Positions 30,139 to 40,366 of a stretch of 64,000 bases of DNA are shown in pieces. Both the position numbers and the translations under genes were made by a program. The stretch's first letter is position 1. Every line of letters begins with the position of its first letter. The stretch lies in contig CAVQFQ010000010.1 in assembly GCA_963711835.1 (NCBI GenBank), positions 32,001-96,000 on the forward strand. Reading direction: 5' to 3'. The stretch comes from an uncultured delta proteobacterium. GTDB lineage: Bacteria > Desulfobacterota > RBG-13-43-22. The notes under the pieces were generated by a model. It was not told where the DNA came from. It saw only the letters and a list, made by a program, of their open reading frames with translations, and ran no database searches.

Positions 30139-31815
30139 ATGGCCCCGATCATTTCAATCGAGGATTGGACTTTTTGCTACAAAGGAAAAGCAAGCCCGGC
30201 CCTCACGAACATCCGGGCCTCGGTTGAGGAAGGGTCTTTGACCTGCATCCTGGGTTCGGAAGGGGCCGGCAAGTCATCCTTATGCTACAGCCTGAATGGA
30301 TTGATCCCCCGATTTTTTCAAGGGACCTACCAGGGAAAGGTTCTTATTAAAGGCCGGGAGGCCGCCCGGCAAAAGGTTGCCGCTCTTTCGCATCAGGTCG
30401 GATTGGTGCTTCAGGATTTTGAGGCCCAGCTTTTTTCCACCAATGTGGAGTTGGAAATGGCTTTCGGCCCGGAGAACCTTGCCCTGCCTCGCCCGGAAAT
30501 CGAAAAACGGCTCCAGCGTTATCTGCCTAAAATCGGTCTGGAGAAATTAAGGCGCCGCGAACCGGCCTCCCTTTCCGGGGGACAAAAACAACGCCTGGCC
30601 ATTGGTTCCCTTTTGACCCTGGAACCCCCTATCCTGGTCATGGATGAGCCGACCACCGATCTCGATCCCCTGGGTGCGGAGGAGGTGTTGGCCGTTGTCC
30701 GGACACTCCGCCAAAAGGGGCATACCCTCCTCATGGTCCTTCCCGAGCCGGAATTGGCCGTGGAGGCCGATCAGGTCTGGTTGATGAGCGGCGGGCAGGT
30801 GCGGACCCAGGGCCCTCCAAAAAGAATCCTAAGGGATCTTCCGGCCCTGGCCGCCTGCGGAATCAAGCCCCCCGCACTGACCGAACTTTTCCGGGCCCTG
30901 GATTGGCCCGGCGATCCGCTTTTGCTGCCCGAGGCCATGACCCTCATTGACCGACATCAACTGGCCCGGCCCCAGAAAAACCCATCTCACCCTGAAACGA
31001 TTTTTCCCAAAAGAGGTCCCGGTCTTATCCAGGCCGAAGGTCTGGAATATGTTTATCCTCTTTATAACCAAAAGGCCTTGAAAGGCATTGACCTGACTAT
31101 TGCCGAAGGGGAATTTGTGGCCATTCTGGGACAGAACGGTTCGGGGAAATCCACCCTGGCCAAACATTTTAACGGCCTTTTAAAACCTACGGCCGGCCGC
31201 CTCCTGATAGAGGGCCGGCCTTCTACGGCCTACAGTCCAAAAAATTTGGCCGAAAAAGTGGGCTATATCTTTCAGAATCCGGACCACCAGATCTTCTGCC
31301 GGACGGTAGAGGAGGAAGTGGGCTTCGGGCCCAAAGTCCTGGGAACAGATCCGGCCTCCATCCGGAAGCGCGTGGCTGAGGCCCTTGAAACCGTGGGCTT
31401 GCAGGGATATGAAAAACAGATGCCCTTTACTTTGACCAAGGGAGAGAGACAGCGCATAGCCGTGGCCTCGGTCCTGGCCGTCCGCCCTCAGGTGATCATC
31501 CTGGACGAGCCGACCACCGGCCTTGATTTTAATCACCAGCGCAGTATCATGGATTTATTTAAAGGCCTGAACCAAAAAGGGCACACCATCATTCTTATCA
31601 CCCATTCCATGTGGGTGGCGGCCGAGTATGCCCGGCGGACTGTTATCTTAAAAGAGGGGGCCGTTTTATTGGACGGCTTGACTCGCCGGGTCTTTGCTGA
31701 AGAATCCCTTCTGGCCCAAACCGCCTTGAAGCCCCCGCCCCTGGTCCAATTAAGCAACCGCCTGGGCACCCAAGCCCTTACCCTGACAGAAATGGTTCAG
31801 GAACTGCGATCATGA
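30139..31815 (+). CDS. ECF transporter duplicated ATPase
   Basis: Two ABC domains (GSEGAGKS, LSGGQKQR, DEPT; GQNGSGKS, TKGERQR, DEPT). Confidence 0.9.
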   Translation: MAPIISIEDWTFCYKGKASPALTNIRASVEEGSLTCILGSEGAGKSSLCYSLNGLIPRFFQGTYQGKVLIKGREAARQKVAALSHQVGLVLQDFEAQLFSTNVELEMAFGPENLALPRPEIEKRLQRYLPKIGLEKLRRREPASLSGGQKQRLAIGSLLTLEPPILVMDEPTTDLDPLGAEEVLAVVRTLRQKGHTLLMVLPEPELAVEADQVWLMSGGQVRTQGPPKRILRDLPALAACGIKPPALTELFRALDWPGDPLLLPEAMTLIDRHQLARPQKNPSHPETIFPKRGPGLIQAEGLEYVYPLYNQKALKGIDLTIAEGEFVAILGQNGSGKSTLAKHFNGLLKPTAGRLLIEGRPSTAYSPKNLAEKVGYIFQNPDHQIFCRTVEEEVGFGPKVLGTDPASIRKRVAEALETVGLQGYEKQMPFTLTKGERQRIAVASVLAVRPQVIILDEPTTGLDFNHQRSIMDLFKGLNQKGHTIILITHSMWVAAEYARRTVILKEGAVLLDGLTRRVFAEESLLAQTALKPPPLVQLSNRLGTQALTLTEMVQELRS

Positions 31816-32606
31816 CCCTCTTTCTTTATCTGGATCATGAAACCTTCATCCATCGTCTGGATCCAAGGACCAAGCTGATTTCGGCCTTTCTGCTTTGGGT
31901 CCTCTGCTTGACCTTTAATCACCCTCTTTACCTGGCCGCCATAAGCAGCGGCGTATTGTTATTGGCGGTCCGATCCAAATCCCTATCCAATTTCTGGAAA
32001 CTGCGGGTTATTCTGGCCTTGTTGTTTTTTTTCAGCATCCTGCTCTGGCCTTTTTTTGTCTCCGGCCCGACCCGCTGGTGGACCTGGGGCCCCTTCCATC
32101 TAAGCCGGGAATCGTTTCTTTACGGGATGGCCATGGGTTTGCGGCTGGCCACCTTTGTCTCCATCGGCCTGATCTTTCTATCCACGACCAGAAACGAAGA
32201 GCTGACCAGCGGCCTGATTCGCATGGGCCTTCCCTATCCGATAGCCTTCGCCCTTTCCACAGCCCTGCGTCTGGTGCCGACCTTCGTCGGAGCCGGGGCG
32301 ACCATTATCCAGGCCCAGGTCTCCCGCGGCCTGGATCTGGAAAGCGGAAACCTCTTCCGCCGCCTGAGCAAATTTATTCCCCAGGCTGTCCCCCTTTTTA
32401 TCTATGCCGTCAACCAGACCAATTATCTGGCCATGGCCCTGGAATCCAAAGGCTTCGATCCCGGATCGAAACGAACTTTCTATTATGAACTGCGGATGAA
32501 ACCTATCGACTATCTGGTCTTGGGATTTCTTTGCCTGGTGACGGCGGTCTTGCTTTACGGGCGTTTGGGAAGGTCCTGGGGGGTGTTGCTGCCGGGACGT
32601 CTGTGA
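31812..32606 (+). CDS. ECF transporter T component
   Basis: HRLDPRTK, ALRLVP, AQVSRG, AMALESKG. Confidence 0.9.
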   Translation: MTLFLYLDHETFIHRLDPRTKLISAFLLWVLCLTFNHPLYLAAISSGVLLLAVRSKSLSNFWKLRVILALLFFFSILLWPFFVSGPTRWWTWGPFHLSRESFLYGMAMGLRLATFVSIGLIFLSTTRNEELTSGLIRMGLPYPIAFALSTALRLVPTFVGAGATIIQAQVSRGLDLESGNLFRRLSKFIPQAVPLFIYAVNQTNYLAMALESKGFDPGSKRTFYYELRMKPIDYLVLGFLCLVTAVLLYGRLGRSWGVLLPGRL

Positions 32607-32651
32607 GGATCTTTTCGGGCAGGATTGGCTTCGCTATGTCGGCTCAAACGG

Positions 32652-34265
32652 TCAAGTCAGGTCCCGGGCTAAACCTTCCATCGGCCAGGAGGCTCGAATT
32701 ACCGTTCCCGTCTCCTTGGCGGACTCTATAACGAAGGTCCCGCCGGAAAGCCTGGCTCTTTCCTCCATACTGTCAAGTCCCAATCCTTTCGAGACCTTTT
32801 GCCGATCAAACCCTTGGCCGTTGTCTTGAACAGTCAATTCAATGGCGCCGTTGCTTTTTTGCAGGGAAAGTTTTACCGAATCGGCTCGGCTGTGTTTGGT
32901 GACATTGTGAAAAGCCTCCTGAATAATCCTAAAAATAATAATCCGCAACGGTTTCGGAATCAATTTTTCATCGATATCCCAGTCTTTTTCAACCCGGATT
33001 CCGGGATGAATGAGTTGAAACTCCCGGCAGAACCAGTTCATCGCGGCCAGAAGTCCCAAATCATCCAATACCGCAGGTCTTAAGCCGGTCATAATCCTTC
33101 GAGTTTCCTCAATGCTTTGTTGCAGCATTGGGATAAGGCCCCTTAAGGATTCGGGATTAGCCATTCCTTTTTCCAGTTGGTTAATGTTATTCTCAACAAC
33201 ATATTTGACGGCGCTCAAAGACGAGCTGAGACCGTCATGAATTTCGCCGGCGATCTTTTTCCGCTCTTCTTCTTGACTCGTTAGAAGTCTGGAAGAGAGG
33301 GTGTCGAGCTCTTTCAGGTAGCGGTGTTCTTTCCTGGAATAGATACGCGACAGGATAACCAGGAAGAATAACAGGGCCGAGATAACTCCAATCTGTATAA
33401 AAATGGTCGCATGAGACACTAAGGCCTCTTTTTTCCCTGTTTCGACCATAACGGCCCAGCCGATCCCCTTAATCGGTGTGAAAGCCACATATTTTGTTTG
33501 GTTGCCGTCGGAAGGGTCTTCTACCTCAAAGGTGCCTGCCTCCTCTTCAACAACCTTTTTGATCCAGGGGGGAACCGGATAGCCCGTCCTTTTAATGGAG
33601 GAAGGAAAACCAGTGCGGTATATGATGCCCCCCTGTTGATCGATCAGGGTTATTTTTTCACCGGGGTTCAAACCAATCTCCTGGACAATCCTTTCAAAAA
33701 CGGCAACCCGCTGAGAAGTTCCCAGGATTCCGATCGTCTTCCCGGTCTCATCAAAAATCGGAGCACAAACCGCAACGGCAAATTCTTTATCGCCTTCGTT
33801 TCTTTGAAAAACAGCCGAAACATAGGGTTTCCAGTCCTTACTGACCCCCTGGTACCAATCACGAGCAGAGAAATTTTTCCCGTGGATATCCCTATAGATG
33901 GGGAAATTAACCCAGAGGCGGCCGGCGGGATCGGTGATAAATACGATATCAATTTCGATGTGGTCCTGTTTTATCCGGGTTAGGTGCTGGAAACTTTCCT
34001 GAAGATCTCTTTTCTTAACGGCCGCGATCAGGAGGGGACGACTGGCATAGGATTGGACAATCCCGGAGACCGCTCTCTCATGCTCCAGGATGATTCTGGA
34101 AAGCAGCCTGGCTTTTATTTCGTTGTTGTTCCTGGCATCGGATAGGGCATCTTGATAAAAAGTATAGGCTACGGCCAGGGCGCCGCCCAGGATGAAAATA
34201 AAAAGCAGAAAGGTCGTGACTCGAACATGTTTGGGATATGTAAGATGTGGTTTCATCGGCCCCAT
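32652..34265 (-). CDS. Cache-sensor histidine kinase (HisKA_3)
   Basis: Two TMs, SARDWY Cache motif, EEERKKIAGEIHD, QEAFHNVTKH, DNGQG, GLGL. Confidence 0.88.
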   Translation of the reverse strand: MGPMKPHLTYPKHVRVTTFLLFIFILGGALAVAYTFYQDALSDARNNNEIKARLLSRIILEHERAVSGIVQSYASRPLLIAAVKKRDLQESFQHLTRIKQDHIEIDIVFITDPAGRLWVNFPIYRDIHGKNFSARDWYQGVSKDWKPYVSAVFQRNEGDKEFAVAVCAPIFDETGKTIGILGTSQRVAVFERIVQEIGLNPGEKITLIDQQGGIIYRTGFPSSIKRTGYPVPPWIKKVVEEEAGTFEVEDPSDGNQTKYVAFTPIKGIGWAVMVETGKKEALVSHATIFIQIGVISALLFFLVILSRIYSRKEHRYLKELDTLSSRLLTSQEEERKKIAGEIHDGLSSSLSAVKYVVENNINQLEKGMANPESLRGLIPMLQQSIEETRRIMTGLRPAVLDDLGLLAAMNWFCREFQLIHPGIRVEKDWDIDEKLIPKPLRIIIFRIIQEAFHNVTKHSRADSVKLSLQKSNGAIELTVQDNGQGFDRQKVSKGLGLDSMEERARLSGGTFVIESAKETGTVIRASWPMEGLARDLT

Positions 34266-34570
34266 GGTCTACCTGCTCCCGCCGGTGCCAGCACTGCTCC
34301 GAAAATTAATGGCTTTCTTCCAACTTGTAGTTTAAATTATACCTTAATCCCGACGATTGGGAAAAGGATTATCTCCAAAAAAGTGGGGTGAAGAACAAAA
34401 AATACGTGATTCACCCTATTTACTTCCCGGATACTCTCAGGTAAACTAATTATTATTAGTAGTACGTGTCTGCCGGGCTGGATTTCCCCGGCAACTTTTT
34501 TCCGCCTGAGGCTCCGGGAAAGGCCTCCAGGCAACCCAGAAACGGGTCTTCATTTCAAAAATCTATCTTT

Positions 34571-34586
34571 TTTGACTTAAGTCAAA
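34571..34586. promoter_or_regulatory. Perfect palindrome upstream of nrfH (Crp/Fnr-like spacing)
   Basis: TTTGACTTAAGTCAAA (TTGAC-N4-GTCAA). Confidence 0.6.
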
Positions 34587-34689
34587 GAATCGGCAATTTT
34601 TTCAAGTATCATTTCCTTAAAAGAGCATTCTCTCTTCCTCTATTACGTGAACCCAGGCGCTTTTAACCCTTAAAAGATGGGGGTGCCAA

Positions 34690-35160
34690 ATGATTCTTCC
34701 CAGAGGAAAGCGATTATGGCTGTATTTGGGTGTTGCGGCCGTGGTCGTAATCGCCGTGGGCGGGTTCGTATCCTTCGGCCCGCCTAAATTATTCGCCAAA
34801 TCGGAAACTCCGGAGTTCTGCGCCGGTTGTCACGTCATGGAATCCCAATATGAAGCCTGGCGCCATCAGGGGTCCCACCGCCGGATCAAATGTATCGACT
34901 GTCACCTGCCCAATGACAACTTCCCCAATCATGCCGCCTGGAAAGGTCTCACGGGGATGTGGGATACCTTTGCATTTTATTCCGGCCGGGTCCCGGAAAA
35001 TATCCAAATTTCCAAACGGGGGGCCCAGATTACCCAAGCCAATTGCCGGCGTTGCCACGAAGAAACCCTGGCCCGGGTCACCCTGGACCGCAACTGCTGG
35101 GAATGCCATCGCCGCCTTACCCATAAATTGACCGGGGCGATGGATACGCTGTCTCCTTAA
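34690..35160 (+). CDS. nrfH: Cytochrome c nitrite reductase small subunit (NapC/NirT family)
   Basis: N-terminal TM, four CxxCH motifs; precedes nrfA. Confidence 0.9.
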   Translation: MILPRGKRLWLYLGVAAVVVIAVGGFVSFGPPKLFAKSETPEFCAGCHVMESQYEAWRHQGSHRRIKCIDCHLPNDNFPNHAAWKGLTGMWDTFAFYSGRVPENIQISKRGAQITQANCRRCHEETLARVTLDRNCWECHRRLTHKLTGAMDTLSP

Positions 35161-35257
35161 AAACGGCAAAACCAGGTGAGGATCGTCCCCGTTCCGTTTG
35201 CGACCGGCGGGGACCGAGGTCTGAGGCCATTAAAAGCCAATCACAGAGGAGGGGCTT

Positions 35258-36766
35258 ATGAAAAAATTTAAATTCTTTCTGCTGCTGATCTTATTGGTAC
35301 TCGGAGGGGGGTTATTGATTTACGCCTGTTCTCCCTCCAAACCCGAGCCGGTAAAAACCGTGGCCATTGCCGACGGAGACTTTGATCCGGCCAACTGGGG
35401 CAAGGCCTATCCCCTGGAGTACGAGTCCTGGGTGAAGACCCAGGACCCCAGACCGGCCGGAAAAAGCAAATATAAAAAAGGATACGACACCGACAAGGTG
35501 ATTTATGACAAGCTGAGTGAATTTCCCACCATGCCTCTTCTGTTCAACGGCTGGGGCTTTGGGGTGGAGTACAACGAACCGCGCGGCCATCACTATATGC
35601 TCATCGACCAGTTGGAGGTTGATCCCTCCCGGTTGAAGGCCGGCGGGGTCTGCCTGACCTGTAAAACCCCCTATGCAGCCATATTGCAGGAAAAGTACGG
35701 GGCCAATTATTTTAAAGACCCTTATCTGGAGGTGCACGCCAAGATACCCCAGCAATTTCAGAAATTAGGAGTGGCCTGCGCCGACTGCCACGACAACAAG
35801 ACCTTGAATCCCAAGCTCTCCCGCTGGACTTTAAATAAGGCCCTGTCGGATATGGGCAAGGATCCCAAGACAGCCGGCCGCCAGGAAATGCGCAGCCTGG
35901 TTTGCGCCCAGTGCCACGTTTCCTATATTATTTCCAAGGACGCGGACATGAAGTCCACAGCGGTCTTCTTCCCCTGGCAGGGCAGCAAGGTGGGGGATAT
36001 TTCCATTGAAAATATTATTAAGGTTATAAAAAGCAGTCCCGCCCACGGCGAATGGAAACAGGCGATCACCGGCTTTAAGGTCGGCTTTATCCGCCACCCG
36101 GAGTATGAATTTTACAGCCGGGACAGCGTCCACTGGAAGGCCAATGTGGCCTGCGCCGACTGCCACATGCCTTACACCAAGGTGGGGGCCAACAAGATCT
36201 CGGATCATAATGTCATGAGTCCCTTGAAAAACGATTTGCGGGCCTGCCAGCAGTGCCATACCGAAACCCCGCAATGGCTGACTGAACAGGTTGTCGCCAT
36301 CCAGGATCGCACCGTGTCCCTGATGAACCGGTCCGGTTATGCCTGCGCGGTAACCGCCAAGCTGTTTGAAACGGCCCATAAGGCCCAGGAGCAGGGCAAG
36401 AAGATCGACGAGGCCCTCTACCAACAGGCCAAGGACCTGTATCTGGAAGCCTTCTACCGAGTCATCTTTATCGGGGCGGAAAACTCCATCGGCTTTCACA
36501 ATCCTTCCGAGGCCGGCCGCATAATGGGCGATGCGGTAGCCATGGCCATGCGGGCCGAGGCTTTACTGCGGCAGGCTCTGACCAAGGCGGGCGTGGATTT
36601 GCCGGCTAATATCAACCTGGAAATGGCCAAATATATCAACGAGCGCGGGGTCAAGAAACTGAAGTTCCGGCCGGAATTTGAATTCAAGGATCCGTTCGGT
36701 ATTCAGGAAATGATCACTCCGGCCAAATTTTCCGGGTTGCCGGTCACGGCGCCTAAGGCCAAGTAA
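35258..36766 (+). CDS. nrfA: Ammonia-forming cytochrome c nitrite reductase
   Basis: YNEPRGH, CLTCK plus four CxxCH, RHPEYE, ENSIGFHNP. Confidence 0.95.
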   Translation: MKKFKFFLLLILLVLGGGLLIYACSPSKPEPVKTVAIADGDFDPANWGKAYPLEYESWVKTQDPRPAGKSKYKKGYDTDKVIYDKLSEFPTMPLLFNGWGFGVEYNEPRGHHYMLIDQLEVDPSRLKAGGVCLTCKTPYAAILQEKYGANYFKDPYLEVHAKIPQQFQKLGVACADCHDNKTLNPKLSRWTLNKALSDMGKDPKTAGRQEMRSLVCAQCHVSYIISKDADMKSTAVFFPWQGSKVGDISIENIIKVIKSSPAHGEWKQAITGFKVGFIRHPEYEFYSRDSVHWKANVACADCHMPYTKVGANKISDHNVMSPLKNDLRACQQCHTETPQWLTEQVVAIQDRTVSLMNRSGYACAVTAKLFETAHKAQEQGKKIDEALYQQAKDLYLEAFYRVIFIGAENSIGFHNPSEAGRIMGDAVAMAMRAEALLRQALTKAGVDLPANINLEMAKYINERGVKKLKFRPEFEFKDPFGIQEMITPAKFSGLPVTAPKAK

Positions 36767-36772
36767 AAAATA

Positions 36773-37150
36773 ATGCCGGGCTTCGTTCTAATTCTCAGTC
36801 TAGTCGCTGTCTGGATGCTGCCTCAGGCCCTGGCTCAAGGGCCTGAGGCCTTTTTCAAGGAAGGTAAAAAAATTTTTGAAGAAACCTGCGCCGACTGCCA
36901 CCTGCGCAGCGGGCAGGGCCTCCCGGCCAAGTTTCCGGCCCTGGACGGAAATCCCTTTGTCGTGGGCGATCCGGCCAAGGTGATCGATACCGTCCTCAAC
37001 GGGCGCAAAGGAAAACTTGGCCAAATGCCTACCTGGAAGGACACCTTTAATGACCGGCAGTTGGCGTCCATCATAACGTATGTGCGCCAGGGCTGGTCGA
37101 ATAAAGGGACAGCCGTTACGGTCGAGATGGTGAAGAAGAGAAGGAAATAA
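36773..37150 (+). CDS. Monoheme cytochrome c
   Basis: Signal peptide, CADCH, FPAL, QMP. Confidence 0.88.
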   Translation: MPGFVLILSLVAVWMLPQALAQGPEAFFKEGKKIFEETCADCHLRSGQGLPAKFPALDGNPFVVGDPAKVIDTVLNGRKGKLGQMPTWKDTFNDRQLASIITYVRQGWSNKGTAVTVEMVKKRRK

Positions 37151-37204
37151 GAAAACGCAAAATCATTAGTCACCGACCTACACAGATAAAAACAGACCTT
37201 TTGG

Positions 37205-37560
37205 CCGGACGAGCCTGTCCGGAAGAAGCCATCGCCTTGCCCGATCAGGAGGATAAACCAATCCTCGATTTCGGGTGCTGCCTATTTTGCGGACAATGCC
37301 TGAAAGTCTGCCCTACCGGGACGCTTAAGGAAGGAACAACCGGCTTTCGGGTGCAGGTGGGCGGCAAGTTAGGCCGCCATCCCCAACTGGCCCGGGACCT
37401 GGGGAAAATTTTTTCTCAGGAGGAACTTCTGAAAAAACTTAATGAATACCTTGACCTCTACCAGACCCAAAATCAAAAGGGGGAACGTCTGGGCGAGATT
37501 TTGAATCGCCTGGATAGGTCCTCTGTAATCCAGAAACAGGAACATCAAGCAGCTTCTTAA
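37205..37560 (+). pseudogene. 5'-truncated sulfite-reductase-like 4Fe-4S protein
   Basis: Begins mid-ferredoxin (ACPEEAI), CLFCGQCLKVCP, GGKLGRHP, GERLG; no RBS or start. Confidence 0.65.
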
Positions 37561-40352
37561 GAAATTGAGAGGGGTTTAACGGCGGGTGGGAAGTAAACCT
37601 CAAAGGTCGTCTCTCCGGAGGCATAGCAATCCTCAGGGCTGGTGCAAAAACGGCAGCGGCTGATGCGGCCCGGGCAGATATCCTCATCTCTGGGGATGTA
37701 GCCGCATCGGGTTGACGTCATGCTGATTTGAAAATGATAGCGCTCGGAGAGGATCTTCATCCGCAGCAGGTCGGCTCCTTTGCCGCCCGCCAGAAAGTCA
37801 AAAGGTTTCCTGGTGGAATAGGCCATGGTGTCCCGGGTGGAAAAGAACCCCTCAAATATCCGCTTTTGGGCATCCTCGTTTATACCGACCCCATAATCGT
37901 TAACCACCAGCAGGGAGCCTTCGCCTCTCTTTTGAACCTTGACCTCGATTTTTCCTTCATCCGGGGTATTCTCGATGGCATTACGGATCAACCCGTCTAC
38001 CACCTTTTGTAATACCTCGGGTGGAATCAGAACAGTTCCGGTTTCCTCAAACTGGGGGACCAGGTGGATCTCCCTATGGGCAAACAGGGGCTTCAAACTC
38101 TCCAGCCTTTCTTCCACCATTTGGGCCAGATTTATTTGCTGGGATTCCACTTCCCGGGGCTGAAAAATTTCTTTAAGGCGCCAGCGGATTTTCTCGGCCA
38201 GGGTTTCCTCACCCGTTTCCTCTGCAATCAAGGCTGCTAATTCATCGGTACACTGAGACATCACCTGGCTTAGCAGGCTCTCGGACTTTTGATCCCGGCC
38301 CTCCATAATATCATTGACCTCGTATTGGATCTCCAAAATCCGCCTCAGATTGCGCTGGATCCGTTCCATTCCCGGTTGTATCTTTTCATCGGGAAGAGAG
38401 GCTACCTTTCGTGAAAGAGAGTTGACCGAACTAATGAGAATAGCCAGCGGTGTTTTTAATTCATGCGATAGGTGGTTGATGGCCTTGTCTTTGGCCCTGT
38501 TGAGACTGGTTACCTCTTCGTAGGCCTTTTTTAATTCACTCGAAACCCGGGCATTTTCGATCGAAAGGGCTACCGTTCCGGCGATCATGTTTAAAAGTTC
38601 CAGGTCGGTCTTCTGGAACTCCCCGTTTTTTTTATTGATGGCACAAAGGACACCGGTGATTCGCTCCCGGAGGCGCAAGGGCACCAGGGCCAGGTTTCGG
38701 GTGGTATAGCCCAACCGTTTATCCCGTTCCTCGTGGAGTTCCTGATCTTCAGAGGTGTCGGAGACAATCATGGATTCCCCGGTTTGGATGACCTTCCCGG
38801 CAACCAGTTGATCCAGGGGAAAGCGGCTTTCCTTCACCCGCCGGCCCGTTTCCGAGGCATCATAGGCCGCCCCCAGGAAAAAGAGTTCCTTTTTTTCTTC
38901 ATCCTGGAGGATAACGGCCGCCCCTTCACAATCCAAAAGCCGGTTGACTTCCTCATTGATGAATTCCAGGAGGTTTTCCAGATCGGGATGGCGGGGCAGG
39001 GCCAGGCTTATCTTCAACAGGGCTTCATTGCTTCGCAGGGCCTTTTTGAGCTCCTCGGAAAAGCGGGCATTTTCAACGGAGAGGGCCACCGTTCCGGCGA
39101 TCATGTTCAGGAGTTCAACATCCCCCTGATCAAAAACCCCTTCCTTTTTATTGATGGCGCACAAGACCCCGATGATGCGGTCGCTGCTCTTTAAAGGAAC
39201 CAAGACCAGGTTCCGCGTTTTGTATCCCAGCCTTCGGTCCCGTTCATCATGCAGCTCCAGATCCTGTGAGGTATCAGAGACAATAAGCGCCTCCCCGGTC
39301 CGGATCACCCGGCCGGCCACAAGTTGATCCATTGAAAACCGGATATCCTCGACCCTTTTTTCCTTTTCCGGATCGTCATAAGCGGCCCCGGAAATGAAAA
39401 GGTCGCCTTTAATCTCGTCGTGCAGGATCGCGATGGAGCCTTCGGTATTTAAAAGGTGTTTGACTTCCGTGTTGATGAAGAAAAGAAGGTCTTTCAGTTC
39501 GGGGTGTTCGGGAAGGGCCATACTGATCCGGAGCATGGCCTCGTTGTATCGAGCGATCCTTTTTTCACGGGTGATATCTCTGAGGATAACGATCTGACCG
39601 GCCGGTTCCTCCGGAGCAACGGAAAAAACAGCGGCCCGGATGACCACATCCAGGATAAGGCCATCTTTGGTCAGGCGCTGGGTTTCAAAACGAGAGATGA
39701 TCCTTTCTTCCATCAGCTTCTGAATGCCCTCACCGGTTTCCTGCTCCAACCCGGGAGGGACATAGGGAATCCGTTTTCCTTCCAGTTCCTCCAGGGTCCA
39801 TCCGAATACCTCGCTGAAGGCCGGGTTGAGATAGGCCACCCGTCCATCCAAGGCGACCACCACTACCGGGTAAGGCGCAAAATCCAGCAGGGCCCTCAGC
39901 CGTCTTTCTGATTTTCCCAGGGCCTGTTCGGCCTTCTTTCGGTCGCTGATATCCTGAAGGGTCTCGATGGCCCCGATAATCCTCCCGTCCCCGTCAATCA
40001 GCGGGGCGGCCGTAAAAAAAAGCCATTTCCCGCCGCCGGTCAGGTTCGGGAAAAAATCCTCGGCCTCATAAGCCCCCTCGATCAGAGCCGATTTGGCGTA
40101 TCTGTCTCCATAATGTCGGGCCATTTCTTCGGAGGAGGCCTGATTGACGATGAAGTCGGCCAGGGTAGGCCGCTGGACGGGATAGAAGGCCTTCCACTGA
40201 TTTCGGGTTCCGATCAGGCTCCCGGCCGGGAGACCGGTCAGGTTTTCGAAGGCCTTGTTGCAGTGAGTCATCACATGATCGGCGTCGATTACAAAGGTCG
40301 CTATGGACAGGCCCTGGACGATTTGGGAAAACCGCTTTTCAGCTTCTTTCAA
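37557..40352 (-). CDS. PAS-PAS-GAF-GAF histidine kinase
   Basis: Two PAS, tandem GAF, LSHELKTP, NAIENTP, DYGVG; TTG start 40352 chosen to avoid rodA overlap. Confidence 0.88.
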   Translation of the reverse strand: MKEAEKRFSQIVQGLSIATFVIDADHVMTHCNKAFENLTGLPAGSLIGTRNQWKAFYPVQRPTLADFIVNQASSEEMARHYGDRYAKSALIEGAYEAEDFFPNLTGGGKWLFFTAAPLIDGDGRIIGAIETLQDISDRKKAEQALGKSERRLRALLDFAPYPVVVVALDGRVAYLNPAFSEVFGWTLEELEGKRIPYVPPGLEQETGEGIQKLMEERIISRFETQRLTKDGLILDVVIRAAVFSVAPEEPAGQIVILRDITREKRIARYNEAMLRISMALPEHPELKDLLFFINTEVKHLLNTEGSIAILHDEIKGDLFISGAAYDDPEKEKRVEDIRFSMDQLVAGRVIRTGEALIVSDTSQDLELHDERDRRLGYKTRNLVLVPLKSSDRIIGVLCAINKKEGVFDQGDVELLNMIAGTVALSVENARFSEELKKALRSNEALLKISLALPRHPDLENLLEFINEEVNRLLDCEGAAVILQDEEKKELFFLGAAYDASETGRRVKESRFPLDQLVAGKVIQTGESMIVSDTSEDQELHEERDKRLGYTTRNLALVPLRLRERITGVLCAINKKNGEFQKTDLELLNMIAGTVALSIENARVSSELKKAYEEVTSLNRAKDKAINHLSHELKTPLAILISSVNSLSRKVASLPDEKIQPGMERIQRNLRRILEIQYEVNDIMEGRDQKSESLLSQVMSQCTDELAALIAEETGEETLAEKIRWRLKEIFQPREVESQQINLAQMVEERLESLKPLFAHREIHLVPQFEETGTVLIPPEVLQKVVDGLIRNAIENTPDEGKIEVKVQKRGEGSLLVVNDYGVGINEDAQKRIFEGFFSTRDTMAYSTRKPFDFLAGGKGADLLRMKILSERYHFQISMTSTRCGYIPRDEDICPGRISRCRFCTSPEDCYASGETTFEVYFPPAVKPLSIS

Positions 40353-40366
40353 CTTGATTTCCTGTC

